The notes: generated by a model not told the origin, from the sequence alone. Shown: positions 49,257 through 61,124, counted from the stretch's first letter. The stretch is DNA of 64,000 nucleotides from Alphaproteobacteria bacterium (GCA_963667785.2 CAXXMU010000002.1:800001-864000); one strand, 5' to 3'. Program-made: numbers and translations.

Positions 49257-50759
49257 TCAGGCCTCGTAGTGCATGCGCACCAGCCGGTCGAGGAGCCGGA
49301 CGCCGAAGCCGGTCGCGCCCTTGGGCACGGTCGGGTCGTAGTCGCGCTTCATCCACGCCGTGCCGGCGATGTCGAGATGCGCCCACGGCACGCCGTTGAC
49401 GAAGCGCTGGAGGAACTGGGCGGCGGCCACGCTGCCGGCCTCCCGCCCCTTGCCGACGTTCTTCATGTCGGCGATGGCGGAGTCGATGTCCTTGTCGTAG
49501 CGCTCGCCGAGGGGCATGCGCCAGACCTCCTCGCCGGCCTCCTTGCCCGCCGCGAGCAACCGCTCCGCCAGCTTGTCGTCGTTGCTGAACATCCCCGCCT
49601 GGAAGGTGCCGAGGCTGACGATGATCGCGCCGGTGAGCGTCGCGAGGTTGACCATGAAGCGGGGCTTGTAGGTCGCCTGGGTGTACCAGAGCGCGTCGGC
49701 GAGCACGAGGCGGCCCTCGGCGTCGGTGTTGATGACCTCGATGGTCTGACCCGACATCGAGGTCACGACGTCGCCCGGGCGCTGCGCCTTGCCGTCCGGC
49801 ATGTTCTCGACCAGCCCGACGACGCCGACGGCATTGACCCGCGCCTTGCGGCCGGCCAGGCACTTCATCAGGCCGTACACCGCCGCCGCGCCGGCCATGT
49901 CGTACTTCATCTCCTCCATGCCCTGGCTCGGCTTGATGGAGATGCCGCCGGTATCGAAGGTCACGCCCTTGCCGATGAAGGCGACGGGCTGCTGATCCGC
50001 CCCTTCGGGCGCGCCGTTCCAGCGCATGACCGCGAGATAGGGCTCGTTCTCGCTGCCCTGGGCGACTCCGAGCAGCGAGCCCATGCCGAGAGACGCCATC
50101 CTCTCGCGATCGAGGAGCTCGACCTCGACCCCGTCCGCGGCGAGCGCCTCGATGTCCTGGGTGATGGCCTTCGGATACTTGACGTTGCCGGGTTCCGAGA
50201 TCATGTCGCGCGCGGCGAAGACGCCGTCGGCGAGCTTCTCGTTCGGCCCGAACGCCCGCCGCGCCGCCGCCGGCTCCCCCAGCATCACGGTGAGCTGGCC
50301 GAGGGACTTCTTGTCCTCGTCCTTCTTCTTGGTGTGGTACTTGTCGAAGCTGTAGCTGCCGAGGCGCGCGCCGACGGCGATCTCCGCGGCCATTGCGGGC
50401 GGCGCCATGGCAGCGCCGTCCACCGCGTCCACGACGATGGCGCCGGACTTCGCGCCGGCGGCGTTCATGCGGCCGACGACCGCGCCGCCGAGCGCCCGCA
50501 TCCGGCGGCCGTCGATCTTGGCCGGCCGGCCGAGGCCCACGAGAAGGACGGCATCGAGCGCGAGACCGTGCGGGGCGACGACGGTCGTCGAGCTTCCCGG
50601 CTTGCCCTTGAAGCGGCCCGCGGAAAGCGCGCGTGTGAGCGCGCCGCCGGTCTCCTCGTCGAGCGCGCGGGCGGTCGGGCCCAGCGCACGGTCCTCCGTC
50701 ACGGGGACGGCGATGACGCCCCTGGACGGCGTCTTGATCTGGGAAAACGAAATCTTCAT
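49257..50759 (-). CDS. pepA: Leucyl aminopeptidase (M17)
   Basis: GKGVTFDTGG, MKYDMAG, NTDAEGRL, AHLDIAG. Confidence 0.95.
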   Translation of the reverse strand: MKISFSQIKTPSRGVIAVPVTEDRALGPTARALDEETGGALTRALSAGRFKGKPGSSTTVVAPHGLALDAVLLVGLGRPAKIDGRRMRALGGAVVGRMNAAGAKSGAIVVDAVDGAAMAPPAMAAEIAVGARLGSYSFDKYHTKKKDEDKKSLGQLTVMLGEPAAARRAFGPNEKLADGVFAARDMISEPGNVKYPKAITQDIEALAADGVEVELLDRERMASLGMGSLLGVAQGSENEPYLAVMRWNGAPEGADQQPVAFIGKGVTFDTGGISIKPSQGMEEMKYDMAGAAAVYGLMKCLAGRKARVNAVGVVGLVENMPDGKAQRPGDVVTSMSGQTIEVINTDAEGRLVLADALWYTQATYKPRFMVNLATLTGAIIVSLGTFQAGMFSNDDKLAERLLAAGKEAGEEVWRMPLGERYDKDIDSAIADMKNVGKGREAGSVAAAQFLQRFVNGVPWAHLDIAGTAWMKRDYDPTVPKGATGFGVRLLDRLVRMHYEA

Positions 50760-50879
50760 GGAACGGTCCATCCTGACGATGCCTGCGCCGGCCGCGCGGT
50801 CTGCACACGCACCCCGCAGCTATCCTATAGCCAAGGTGGTGCGCTGGGTGAAGGGAGGCAAGCCCGCGAGCCGGGCGAT

Positions 50880-52487
<1,608 letters not shown>

Positions 52488-52751
52488 CGGCTGCTCATGG
52501 CTTGGGGGGAGGTACACACGCGGCCAAAACCGCACGACCCGGGCGCAGCGCCGGTGCCGGGTGAGGATCGAGCGTTCCCCGAGTCGTTCATGAGTGTCGA
52601 TCGTGGCGTCGAAAGCAATCGTGCCGACCTGCGGCGTGCATAACAGGATTCGCGGGCGAATGCCAACGACGCCGCAGCCGTGGGTACGGAAGCGCCTCCG
52701 GCACGCAATCCTGTGCGCCGTTCCCGGCAAAATGAGCTAGGTTCCGGCGCC

Positions 52752-54134
52752 ATGACCAAGGGACTAGCCGTCGCGCCCGAGCGACCCGCCAGTGCGGCCA
52801 TGCCGTTCCAGCGGCACCTGATACGGACCGCGCGATTCGCCGGCCCGGTGATCCTGGCGCGCGCCGGTCTCCTGGTCATGGTCGCGGTGGATTCGGCGAT
52901 GCTGGGCCACTACGGCACCCTCTCGCTCGCCTACTACGCGGCGGCGAACGCGGCCCAGGTGGTGATGATCCTGATCGGGGTGGGGCTGCTGCAGGGGACG
53001 ACGATCCTCGTAGCCCAGGCGCACGGCGCCCGCGACGGCCCCGCCTGCGGCGCCTACTGGCGCGTGAGCTTCGTCCACGGCGTCGTCCTCGGCGTGCTCA
53101 TGGGGCTGATCTGCCTGCTCGGCCGCTGGACCCTGGAAGCGACGGGGCAGGAGCCCGAGGTCGCCGCCGGCGGCGGGCGCGTGCTCGACATGATCGCGTG
53201 GGGCTCGCCGGCGCTCTTCATGTGGGTTGTGTGCACCCACTTCCTGGAGGGCATCAGCCGCCCGATTCCCGGCATGCTGGTCATGCTGGCTGCGGTGGTC
53301 GTCAACGTGCTGCTCAACTGGATCCTCATCTTCGGCAATCTCGGCGGGCCGGAGCTCGGCGCGGAAGGCGCCGCCATCGCCACCTCGCTGGTGCGGTGGT
53401 TCATGTTCGCGGCCCTCTTCGTCTTCGTGCTGCGCCTGCCCGACGCGCGCGCGCTCGGCATCCGCAAGCCGGTCACCGATTTCTGGGCGATCTCGAAGCG
53501 GCTGCGGCGCATCGGCTACCCGCTCGGCGCCGCACGCGGGCTCGAGACCGCGGCATTCGCCGCGCTGGTCATGCTGGCCGGCCATCTCGGCACGGTCCCG
53601 CTCGCCGCCTATCAGATCGGCTACAACCTGATCGGGCTGGTCTTCATGGTCGCCATCGGCACCGCGGCCGCGAGCATGATCCGGGTGGGCAACGCGGTCG
53701 GGCGGCGCAACGCCACCGACATCGCCCGTGCCGGCTGGGCCGGCGTGCTGCTCATCGCCTGCCTCATGGCCGCCTTCGCGGGGCCCTTCCTCGGCCTCGG
53801 CATGCCGCTCGCGAGCCTCTATACCGACGACCCGGCGGTGCTGCCGCTGGCCGCGTCCCTCATCGGAATCTGCGGCATAATCCTGGTGTTCGACGGAATG
53901 CAGGCGGTGCTCATGGGCGCACTGCGCGGGATCGCGGACGTATGGGTGCCGCCAGGGCTTCAGCTCATCTCGTGGTGGTGCGTCTCGGTGCCGATCGGCT
54001 ACGTACTGGCGTTCGAGGTGGGGATCGGCGTGGACGGCCTGATGTGGGGTATCCTGGCGGGCGCTCTCAGCGCCAGTATCCTGCTGTCGGGCCGCTTTCT
54101 CGCGGTGTTGCGGCGCCCGATCGCGCGCTACTGA
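52752..54134 (+). CDS. MATE family efflux transporter
   Basis: About 12 TM segments; VDSAMLG, ELGAEGAAIAT, RVGNAVG, FDGMQAV, GALRG. Confidence 0.9.
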   Translation: MTKGLAVAPERPASAAMPFQRHLIRTARFAGPVILARAGLLVMVAVDSAMLGHYGTLSLAYYAAANAAQVVMILIGVGLLQGTTILVAQAHGARDGPACGAYWRVSFVHGVVLGVLMGLICLLGRWTLEATGQEPEVAAGGGRVLDMIAWGSPALFMWVVCTHFLEGISRPIPGMLVMLAAVVVNVLLNWILIFGNLGGPELGAEGAAIATSLVRWFMFAALFVFVLRLPDARALGIRKPVTDFWAISKRLRRIGYPLGAARGLETAAFAALVMLAGHLGTVPLAAYQIGYNLIGLVFMVAIGTAAASMIRVGNAVGRRNATDIARAGWAGVLLIACLMAAFAGPFLGLGMPLASLYTDDPAVLPLAASLIGICGIILVFDGMQAVLMGALRGIADVWVPPGLQLISWWCVSVPIGYVLAFEVGIGVDGLMWGILAGALSASILLSGRFLAVLRRPIARY

Positions 54135-54215
54135 GACGGCTCTCAGGCAGAGGCGCCCCAGAATCGCCATAGTGAGTGCATAGACGGGACAGCCGCCCGG
54201 GGGAGGAACGACACG

Positions 54216-54908
54216 GTGCCTTCGACCATCGCGCTCGTCGACGACGACCAGCATCTGCTCACGTCGGTCACCATGGCGCTGGAGGCGGAGGGCTTCGTCG
54301 TGCGGCCCCACAGCGACCCGGCGAAGGCGCTGCAGGACCTGCTGAGCCGGCCGGTCGACCTCGCGGTGCTCGACATCAAGATGCCGCAGATGGACGGCCT
54401 GGAGCTGCTGGCGCGGCTCCGGCAGCATTCCGCCATTCCGGTGGTGTTCCTGACCTCGAAGGACGCCGAGGACGACCAGCTTTACGGCCTGAGCCAGGGC
54501 GCCGACGACTACATCACGAAGCCCTTCTCGATCCGCCTCCTGGTCGAGCGGATCCGGGCGGTCCTGCGGCGCGCCGACCCTGTGAGGAGCGGAGACGCGC
54601 CCGGCGCCCTCATGGTGCGCGGCGCGCTGGTGCTCGACGAGGACCGCCATCTCTGCACCTGGCGCGGCGAGGCCCTCTCGCTCACCGTCACGGAGTTCCT
54701 GCTGTTGAAGGCGCTGGCCCAGCGCCCCGGACACGTCAAGAGCCGGAACCAGCTCATGGATGCGGCCTACGGCGATCAGATCTACGTCGAGGACCGCACC
54801 ATCGACAGCCACGTCAAGCGCATCCGCAAGAAGTTCAGGGCCATCGATCCGGCCTTCTCGCAGATCGAGACGCTCTACGGTGTCGGTTATCGATACACAG
54901 CGCCGTGA
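54216..54908 (+). CDS. chvI: OmpR-family response regulator ChvI
   Basis: [42 protein letters not shown]. Confidence 0.9.
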   Translation: MPSTIALVDDDQHLLTSVTMALEAEGFVVRPHSDPAKALQDLLSRPVDLAVLDIKMPQMDGLELLARLRQHSAIPVVFLTSKDAEDDQLYGLSQGADDYITKPFSIRLLVERIRAVLRRADPVRSGDAPGALMVRGALVLDEDRHLCTWRGEALSLTVTEFLLLKALAQRPGHVKSRNQLMDAAYGDQIYVEDRTIDSHVKRIRKKFRAIDPAFSQIETLYGVGYRYTAP

Positions 54909-56595
54909 CTCCAGCGCAGACGGCCGGCAGGCGGCGGCATCCGCCCCGCAGGTAGCGGCCCGGCGCGGCCTGCGCCGGCTCGTCGCCTTCCCGCTCACCG
55001 CCCGCATCCTCGCCATCAACGTGATGGCGCTCGGGGTCCTGGTCTCGGGTTTCTTCTATCTCGACCACTATCAGCGCGACCTGATGGACGCCAAGCTGGA
55101 GTCGCTCGCGCGGGAGGCCGCGCTGATGGCCGCATCGCTCGGCGAGAGCGCGGTCGTCGCCGGCGGCACGGAAGACGCCGGGCTGGACGGAGCTGCCGCA
55201 GGAACCCTCGTCCAGCGCCTCAACCTGCCGGGCGACACGCGCGCGCTGCTCTTCGATGCCGGCGGCGCGCTGGTCGTCGATTCGCGGCAACTGCCGATGG
55301 CGGAGGTCGAGACGACGGAACTGCCGCCGCCCGAGACGGAGCGCGGCGCGCTGGGCCGGGCGGCGGACATCGCCTACGACTGGATCACCGCGCGGCTGCC
55401 GCCCCGCACCACGGTGCCGCTCTACACCGAGCGCGGCAACCCGCGTGCGGACACCTTCCCCAAGGTGCTCGGCGCGCTGGAGGGCACAGCCGGCAGGGCG
55501 ATGCACCGGACCGAGGAGGCCCGGCTGGTCGCGCTCGTGGCGGCGCCGATACAGCCCTTCCGCCGCGTTCAGGGCGCCCTGCTGCTGGTTGCGGACGCAG
55601 GCGACGTGTCGGAAAGCGTGCGCAACGCCCGCTTCACCATCCTGCAGGCATTCAGCATCGCGCTCGGCATCACGGTCCTTCTCAGCCTCTACTTCGCGGG
55701 CACGATCACCCGCCCGGTGCGCCGCCTGGCGCGGGCGGCCGAGCGGGTGCGCGCCGGCGGCGGACGCAAGGTGGCGATCCCCGACTTCACGGCGCGGCAC
55801 GACGAGATCGGGCGCCTCTCAGAAGCGCTGCGGGACATGACCGAGGCGCTCTGGGTGCGCATGGATGCGATCGAGCGCTTCGCCGCCGATGTCGCCCACG
55901 AGGTGAAGAACCCGCTCAGCTCGGTGCTCAGCGCCGTCGATACCGCGCGCCGGGTCGACGACGAGGAGAAGCGCGGGAAGCTGCTCGCCCTCGTCGGCGA
56001 GGACGTGAAGAGGCTGGACCGGCTGCTGAGTCAGATCGCCGATGCCTCCAAGATCGATGCCGAGCTTGCCCGGGCCGAGATGCGGCCGCTGGACCTCGGC
56101 GCCATGGTGACGACGTTTGCCGAGATGCACGGCGCCTCCGCCTCCGCTTCGACGAGCGACGACTCCGTCGCGATGCGGCTGGAGATCGAGGGCGACGGGC
56201 CCTTCGCGGCTCTCGGCGTGGAGGACCGGCTCGCGCAGGTGATCCAGAACCTCGTCGGCAACGCCCGCTCGTTCAGCCCGCCCGGCGGAACCATCGCGCT
56301 CGGGCTGCGGCGCGAGGGCGCCGCGCTCGTCGTCACCGTGGACGACGACGGCCCCGGCGTGCCGCCCGGCATGGAGGACGCGATCTTCGGACGCTTCTAC
56401 ACGCTGCGGCCCGACAGCGAGACCTTCGGCGCCCATTCCGGCCTCGGGCTCAGCATCTCGCGCCAGATCGCCGATGCCCACGGCGGCCGGCTCACCTGCG
56501 TCAACCGGCGCGATGCGGACGGCACGATATGCGGCGCGCGCTTCCGCCTCGAGCTTCCCGGCACAGCCTCGATCGGGCCGCCCGGCACGGACTGA
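54880..56595 (+). CDS. chvG: Sensor histidine kinase ChvG/ExoS
   Basis: [45 protein letters not shown]; in-frame GTG overlapping the chvI 3' end. Confidence 0.88.
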   Translation: MSVIDTQRRDSSADGRQAAASAPQVAARRGLRRLVAFPLTARILAINVMALGVLVSGFFYLDHYQRDLMDAKLESLAREAALMAASLGESAVVAGGTEDAGLDGAAAGTLVQRLNLPGDTRALLFDAGGALVVDSRQLPMAEVETTELPPPETERGALGRAADIAYDWITARLPPRTTVPLYTERGNPRADTFPKVLGALEGTAGRAMHRTEEARLVALVAAPIQPFRRVQGALLLVADAGDVSESVRNARFTILQAFSIALGITVLLSLYFAGTITRPVRRLARAAERVRAGGGRKVAIPDFTARHDEIGRLSEALRDMTEALWVRMDAIERFAADVAHEVKNPLSSVLSAVDTARRVDDEEKRGKLLALVGEDVKRLDRLLSQIADASKIDAELARAEMRPLDLGAMVTTFAEMHGASASASTSDDSVAMRLEIEGDGPFAALGVEDRLAQVIQNLVGNARSFSPPGGTIALGLRREGAALVVTVDDDGPGVPPGMEDAIFGRFYTLRPDSETFGAHSGLGLSISRQIADAHGGRLTCVNRRDADGTICGARFRLELPGTASIGPPGTD

Positions 56596-56628
56596 CCGGC
56601 TTCCCTCGCCCGGCGCGCCCGACTCCGG

Positions 56629-56844
56629 TCAGTGGACGCTGAGCGGGATGAGCTGGTGCTGGCGCGCGGCGGCGAACGCGATGTCGCGGTCGGGCGCGAC
56701 GCCGAGGAGGCGGCCGTCGGTCGCGTGGATGCCGTAGACGACGGCGCCGTCCACGACGACTTCCCTGATGTAGGCTTCGTTGCCGCTGAGGAAGGGGGCG
56801 TATTCCCTCTGCCCTTCGGCGTCGACCCTTTCGCCATCTGTCAT
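56629..56844 (-). CDS. DUF1150-like small protein downstream of the sHSP gene
   Basis: AYIREV, YGIHATDG, AARQHQLIPLSVH; AGGAGG SD. Confidence 0.8.
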   Translation of the reverse strand: MTDGERVDAEGQREYAPFLSGNEAYIREVVVDGAVVYGIHATDGRLLGVAPDRDIAFAAARQHQLIPLSVH

Positions 56845-56870
56845 GACCATCCTCCTCCTGCCAAGGCGTT

Positions 56871-57299
56871 CTAGCCCTCCTCTGCCCCGTCGCCGCTCTC
56901 GATCGCGATGGTCTTCACGGTCTCCGGCGCGGTGGGGCGGGTGAGCTCGATATGGAGCAGTCCGTTGTCGAGGCGGGCGCCGGCCACGTCGATCCCTTCG
57001 GCGAGCAGAAAGGTGCGATGGAACTGACGCGCGGCGATCCCGCGGTGCAGGTAGACCGCGCCGTCATCCTCGGCCTGGCGCCCCCTGATGTGCAGCTCGT
57101 TGCGCTCGACGGTGACGTCGAGATCGTCTTCCGCGAAGCCGGCCACGGCGAGGCTGATGCGCAGCCTGTCGTCCGCCACGTGCACGACGTTGTAGGGCGG
57201 GTAGCCCTCGGTCGAGGAGCGGGCGAGCCGGTCGACCACCTCCTCCAGGCGGTCGAAGCCCAGCAGCAGGGGACTGTTGAACGGTGACATCCGTGCCAT
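56871..57299 (-). CDS. Small heat shock protein (Hsp20, IbpA/B type)
   Basis: SPLLLGFD, YPPYNV, AVAGF, YLHRGIAAR, NGLLHIEL. Confidence 0.93.
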   Translation of the reverse strand: MARMSPFNSPLLLGFDRLEEVVDRLARSSTEGYPPYNVVHVADDRLRISLAVAGFAEDDLDVTVERNELHIRGRQAEDDGAVYLHRGIAARQFHRTFLLAEGIDVAGARLDNGLLHIELTRPTAPETVKTIAIESGDGAEEG

Positions 57300-57405
57300 C
57301 GCCTGCACCTCCTCCTTAGAGCGAGTGTCGGCGGGTGCACCCGATGGCGGCGAACACCCTCCGGCCGGCGAGCGCGGCCGCCTCCCTCAGGCCGGCCGCC
57401 TCACC
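57300..57405 (-). promoter_or_regulatory. Candidate ROSE-like RNA thermometer in the sHSP 5' UTR
   Basis: CUCGCU immediately 5' of the AGGAGGAGG SD, plus GC-rich upstream hairpins. Confidence 0.5.
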
Positions 57406-57410
57406 CTCCT

Positions 57411-57440
57411 GATGTGGGCCTCGCCGGGCCGGGGATCAAC
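57411..57440 (-). promoter_or_regulatory. Candidate sigma32 (RpoH) promoter
   Basis: GTTGA-N17-CCCACATC upstream of the sHSP gene. Confidence 0.5.
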
Positions 57441-57460
57441 CTGTTTTGGCATGCAGATTA

Positions 57461-57475
57461 CTCTGTATCACAGAG
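57461..57475. promoter_or_regulatory. Palindromic operator candidate
   Basis: CTCTGT-ATC-ACAGAG in an AT-richer patch upstream of the membrane protein/wHTH operon. Confidence 0.55.
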
Positions 57476-57527
57476 CGAACTGTGATAGCCTGGGGCTTGT
57501 CGCACACCCGGAAGAGCGGAGGGTGCC

Positions 57528-58094
57528 ATGACCGTCACCAGGGACGATGCGCGTGCGGCTCTGCGCGACGCCGAGGCGGCAGGCGAGCGGAGCCAGACCC
57601 TTTTCCGCTACGAGCTGTCGAGTCCCTACCTCCTGCTGTGGGGCGCGCTGTGGATCGTCGCCGGCGTCGTCGCTGCCCTGTCGCCGGCCAACACCGGCTT
57701 CGGCTGGGCCGCGGTCGATTTCGTCGGCCTCGGCGGCACCGCCTATCTGATCGTGCGCCACGCCCGGCGCTGCGGCACGGGGGACGAGCGCGTCCGACTG
57801 GTCCGCAACATCGGGTCGGTGGCCGCGCTGGCGGCGTTCGTCGGATTGACGCTGATGCTCTTCGGGCCGGTGGCCGGCGGCGACGTCACGATGCTCATCG
57901 CTCTCGTCATGGCGGCGGGCTACGCCGTTGCCGGCTGCTGGATCGGCGTTCGCTACGCGGCGGTGGGCGTGGCGCTGGCCGGCCTCTGCGCAGGCGTGTT
58001 TCACCTCGCGCCGGCGCAGGTCCCGGTGATCGTGCCGATCGCCGGCGGCGGCGCCCTCATCCTCGGCGGCATCTGGTTCAGGCGTAGCCGATGA
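57528..58094 (+). CDS. Hypothetical integral membrane protein (about 6 TM)
   Basis: Hydrophobic stretches; LLLWGALW; ATGA-type overlap with the regulator gene. Confidence 0.75.
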   Translation: MTVTRDDARAALRDAEAAGERSQTLFRYELSSPYLLLWGALWIVAGVVAALSPANTGFGWAAVDFVGLGGTAYLIVRHARRCGTGDERVRLVRNIGSVAALAAFVGLTLMLFGPVAGGDVTMLIALVMAAGYAVAGCWIGVRYAAVGVALAGLCAGVFHLAPAQVPVIVPIAGGGALILGGIWFRRSR

Positions 58095-58393
58095 GCGGCG
58101 CGGACGAGATCGTTCACCAGCCGACGCGGCTCCGGATCATGTCGGCGCTGAACGCCCTGCCCCGCAGGGAAATGATGGAATTCGTCCGGCTCAGGGCGAT
58201 CACCGGCGCCACCAACGGCAATCTCGGATCGCACCTCGCGACCCTCGAGAAGTCGGGATACGTGACCATCGCCAAGGATTTCGTGGGCAAGAGGCCGCGG
58301 ACCCGCGTCGGCATCACCGGGCCGGGGCGGCGTGCGTTTCAGGGGCACGTCGCCTACCTGCGCGAGATTCTGGAAGACGGCGGCGGCACCTGA
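58091..58393 (+). CDS. Winged-helix transcriptional regulator (MarR/ArsR-like HTH_34 type)
   Basis: VHQPTRLRIM, TNGNLGSHLATLE, KRPRT, GRRAF. Confidence 0.88.
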   Translation: MSGADEIVHQPTRLRIMSALNALPRREMMEFVRLRAITGATNGNLGSHLATLEKSGYVTIAKDFVGKRPRTRVGITGPGRRAFQGHVAYLREILEDGGGT

Positions 58394-58411
58394 GCCGCCA
58401 GGGAGGATGAC

Positions 58412-59125
58412 ATGCACATGACGGCAACACGTTGGAAGCGATGCGCCGGCATTCTCGGCCTCTTCGCGGTGCTGGCGGTGCTTCTCCTGGCCGCTCCCGT
58501 CGCGGCGCAGGACTCCATGCGCTTCGACGAGGAGGTGCGGGAGCTCTTCTTCGCCGGCTTCGCCGGCAACGAGGACGCGCTCGCGCGGGGCATGGCGATC
58601 TGCGAGGAGACGCTGCAGGCCGACCCCGATCATCCGGGCGCCCTGGTCTGGCAGGCGTCGGGCTGGATGTTTCAGTCCGGCATGGCCTACCAGGAGGGCG
58701 ACTGGGCCAAGGGCATGGCCCTGTTCGACGACGCCACCGCGCAGATGGATCGCGCCGTCTCGCTCGCGCCGGACAGCCTTCAGACGCTGATCCCCCGCGC
58801 GTCGGTCTACCTCGGCGTCGCTCCCTACATCTACGACACAGCGACGCGCACCAGGTTCCTGGAGACGGTGGTCGACGACTACACCAAGGTTCTCGCCATC
58901 CGCGAGCCCTATTTCGCCTCGCTCACGGCGCACAGCCGGGGCGAGCTGCTGGGCGCGCTCGCCGAGGCGCTGTGGCGGCTGCAGAGGCGCAACGATGCGC
59001 AGGTCTATCTGGACCGCATCCTCGCCGAGCTGCCGGACTCGGCCTACGCGCTCATGGCGGAGCGCCAGCTCGCGGAGCCGCAGACGATCCAGCAGCTCAC
59101 CTGCCTCGGCTGCCACAAGTACTGA
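58412..59125 (+). CDS. Secreted TPR-like helical protein with a C-terminal CxxCH haem-attachment motif
   Basis: Sec signal ending VAA|Q; TPR-like helices; ends TCLGCHKY. Confidence 0.7.
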   Translation: MHMTATRWKRCAGILGLFAVLAVLLLAAPVAAQDSMRFDEEVRELFFAGFAGNEDALARGMAICEETLQADPDHPGALVWQASGWMFQSGMAYQEGDWAKGMALFDDATAQMDRAVSLAPDSLQTLIPRASVYLGVAPYIYDTATRTRFLETVVDDYTKVLAIREPYFASLTAHSRGELLGALAEALWRLQRRNDAQVYLDRILAELPDSAYALMAERQLAEPQTIQQLTCLGCHKY

Positions 59126-59229
59126 GCGGGCGTTCCAGCGCCCTCCTCCGCTCCGGCGCGAGTGCGCGGGCCCGACGGGCGCGCTAAGCTGCCGCCGGAG
59201 CGTTCGTCGGCAGACGGAGGAGGGGCGCC

Positions 59230-59946
59230 ATGAACCGGGGCGACGGCGGCAACGTCAAGGAGGGGTGGAGCGCCTGGTGGAGCTTCGCGCGCATCCCGGA
59301 GTTTCCGGTCGCGGCGGACAAGACCGCGCTCATCGTCATCGACATGACCTACCAGCAGGCCCACCGCGACTACGGGCTCTGCAAGCGCATCATCGAGGCC
59401 GGGCTGGAGGACGACCTCGCCTACTATCTCGAGCGGATCGACAACGTTGTGGTGCCGAATCTCCAGGCGCTCGTCGCGGCATTCCGCAGCGCCGGCGCGC
59501 CGGTGATCTACACCCGCTGCGCCTCGCTGACAGGCGACGGCTCGGACCAGACATGGCGCCACCGGCACTTCGGCGTGGTCACCACCGTCGACTCCAAGGA
59601 CGCGCAGATCCTGGAGCCGCTCGCGCCCGAGGACGGCGACATCATGCTGACCAAGTCGGGCTCGGCGGTCTTCCCCTCGACCAACTGCGAGCACCTGCTG
59701 CGCGTGAAGGGCATCACCACCATCGTGGTGAGCGGCATCTTCACCAACAGTTGCGTCGAGGGCACGATCCGGCTCGCCGGAGACCTCGACTTCCGCTGCC
59801 TGATGCCGGAGGACGCCTGCGCCGCCATGTCGCCCAGCGGCCACGCCAACGCCATCGAGTATCTCGACGGCAACTTCTGCCACGTGAAGCCCACGGCGGA
59901 GATCGTCCGCCTGCTGGGCGCCGACGCGGGCGCCCGCGCCGCCTGA
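59230..59946 (+). CDS. Isochorismatase-family cysteine hydrolase
   Basis: ALIVIDM, TKSGS, GIFTNSCVEGT (D-K-C triad), EDAC. Confidence 0.87.
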   Translation: MNRGDGGNVKEGWSAWWSFARIPEFPVAADKTALIVIDMTYQQAHRDYGLCKRIIEAGLEDDLAYYLERIDNVVVPNLQALVAAFRSAGAPVIYTRCASLTGDGSDQTWRHRHFGVVTTVDSKDAQILEPLAPEDGDIMLTKSGSAVFPSTNCEHLLRVKGITTIVVSGIFTNSCVEGTIRLAGDLDFRCLMPEDACAAMSPSGHANAIEYLDGNFCHVKPTAEIVRLLGADAGARAA

Positions 59947-59948
59947 CC

Positions 59949-61124
59949 TCAGTCGTCCGCCTGGCGGACGATGCCGTCCGCGACGAGCGCCCGGCAGGCG
60001 GCCTCGTCGTAGCCGAGCTCGCGCAGGATCTCCCCGCTGTGCGCGCCGAGGGCAGGCGCGTCCGGGCCGATGGCCCCCGGCTCCTCCCGGAACTTGATGG
60101 GGATGCCGAGGTGGGCGGCGCCCGCCGCGTCGCGCTCGACCATGCCGCGCGCGGCGAGGTGCGGGTCGTCGAAGGCTTCCTTCAGGTCGAGGACCGGCGC
60201 GAAGCAGATGTCGCGGCCCGCGAACCAGGCGACCCACTCGGCCTGGGTGCGGGCGGCGAAGGTCTCTTCGAGGAAGGCGTGGAGCGGCGCCTGCGCAGGC
60301 CCGGCGGGCTCGCGGCCGAGGGGGATCAGGTCGGGCCTCCCCACGCCTTCGAGGAAGTTGACGACGAACTTCATCTCGCCCCCGCCGAGCGTGACGTAGC
60401 GGCCGTCCTTCGTGCGGTAGGGCCGGTAGAAGGCGGCGCCGCCCTGGGTGCGCTCCGACGAGGGCTCGGGCGCGCGGCCTTCGGCGAACACGCGGCCGGC
60501 GACGTGCGGCGTCCATGACACCACCGCGTCGAACATGGCAAGGTCCAGATAGTCGCCGCGACCGGTGGTCTGGCGGCGCAGTAGCGCCATGAGGATGCCG
60601 GCGAGCGCCATCAGCGAGCCCCCCATGTCCGAGGGCGGCAGGCACGCCATGGCCGGCTTGCCGTCGCCGTCGACGCCGAGGCTGGCGACACCGGCGAGCG
60701 CGTTGACGCTCAAATCGTGGGCCGGGCGGTCACGGTAGGGTCCGGACTGGCCGAAGGCGGAGATGGAGGCGTAGACGACCTGCGGCGCCCGCGCGCGCAC
60801 GGCGTCGTAGCCGATGCCGAGGCGGTCCACCACGCCGGGGCGGAAGGTCTCCAGGATCACGTCGGCGGTCTCGGCGAGGCGCATGAAGGCCTCGCGCCCG
60901 GCCTCGCTTTTGAGGTCCACCGCGAGGCTGCGCTTGCCCCGGTTGGCGTTGCGGAAATAGACCGTGTGGCCGTGCTCGGCCGGCCCGATCGCGCGCGCCG
61001 GATCGCCCGTTCGCGGGTCCTCGATCTTGATCACGTCGGCGCCGTGATCGGCCATCATCATGGCGAGATGGGGCCCCGGCAGGAACCGGGAGAGGTCCAG
61101 CACCCTGATCCCTTCGAGCTTCAT
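59949..61124 (-). CDS. Family III CoA-transferase (CaiB/BaiF)
   Basis: LPGP, GADVIKIE, NRGKRS, FRPGV, FGQSGP, HDL, SDMGG. Confidence 0.9.
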   Translation of the reverse strand: MKLEGIRVLDLSRFLPGPHLAMMMADHGADVIKIEDPRTGDPARAIGPAEHGHTVYFRNANRGKRSLAVDLKSEAGREAFMRLAETADVILETFRPGVVDRLGIGYDAVRARAPQVVYASISAFGQSGPYRDRPAHDLSVNALAGVASLGVDGDGKPAMACLPPSDMGGSLMALAGILMALLRRQTTGRGDYLDLAMFDAVVSWTPHVAGRVFAEGRAPEPSSERTQGGAAFYRPYRTKDGRYVTLGGGEMKFVVNFLEGVGRPDLIPLGREPAGPAQAPLHAFLEETFAARTQAEWVAWFAGRDICFAPVLDLKEAFDDPHLAARGMVERDAAGAAHLGIPIKFREEPGAIGPDAPALGAHSGEILRELGYDEAACRALVADGIVRQADD

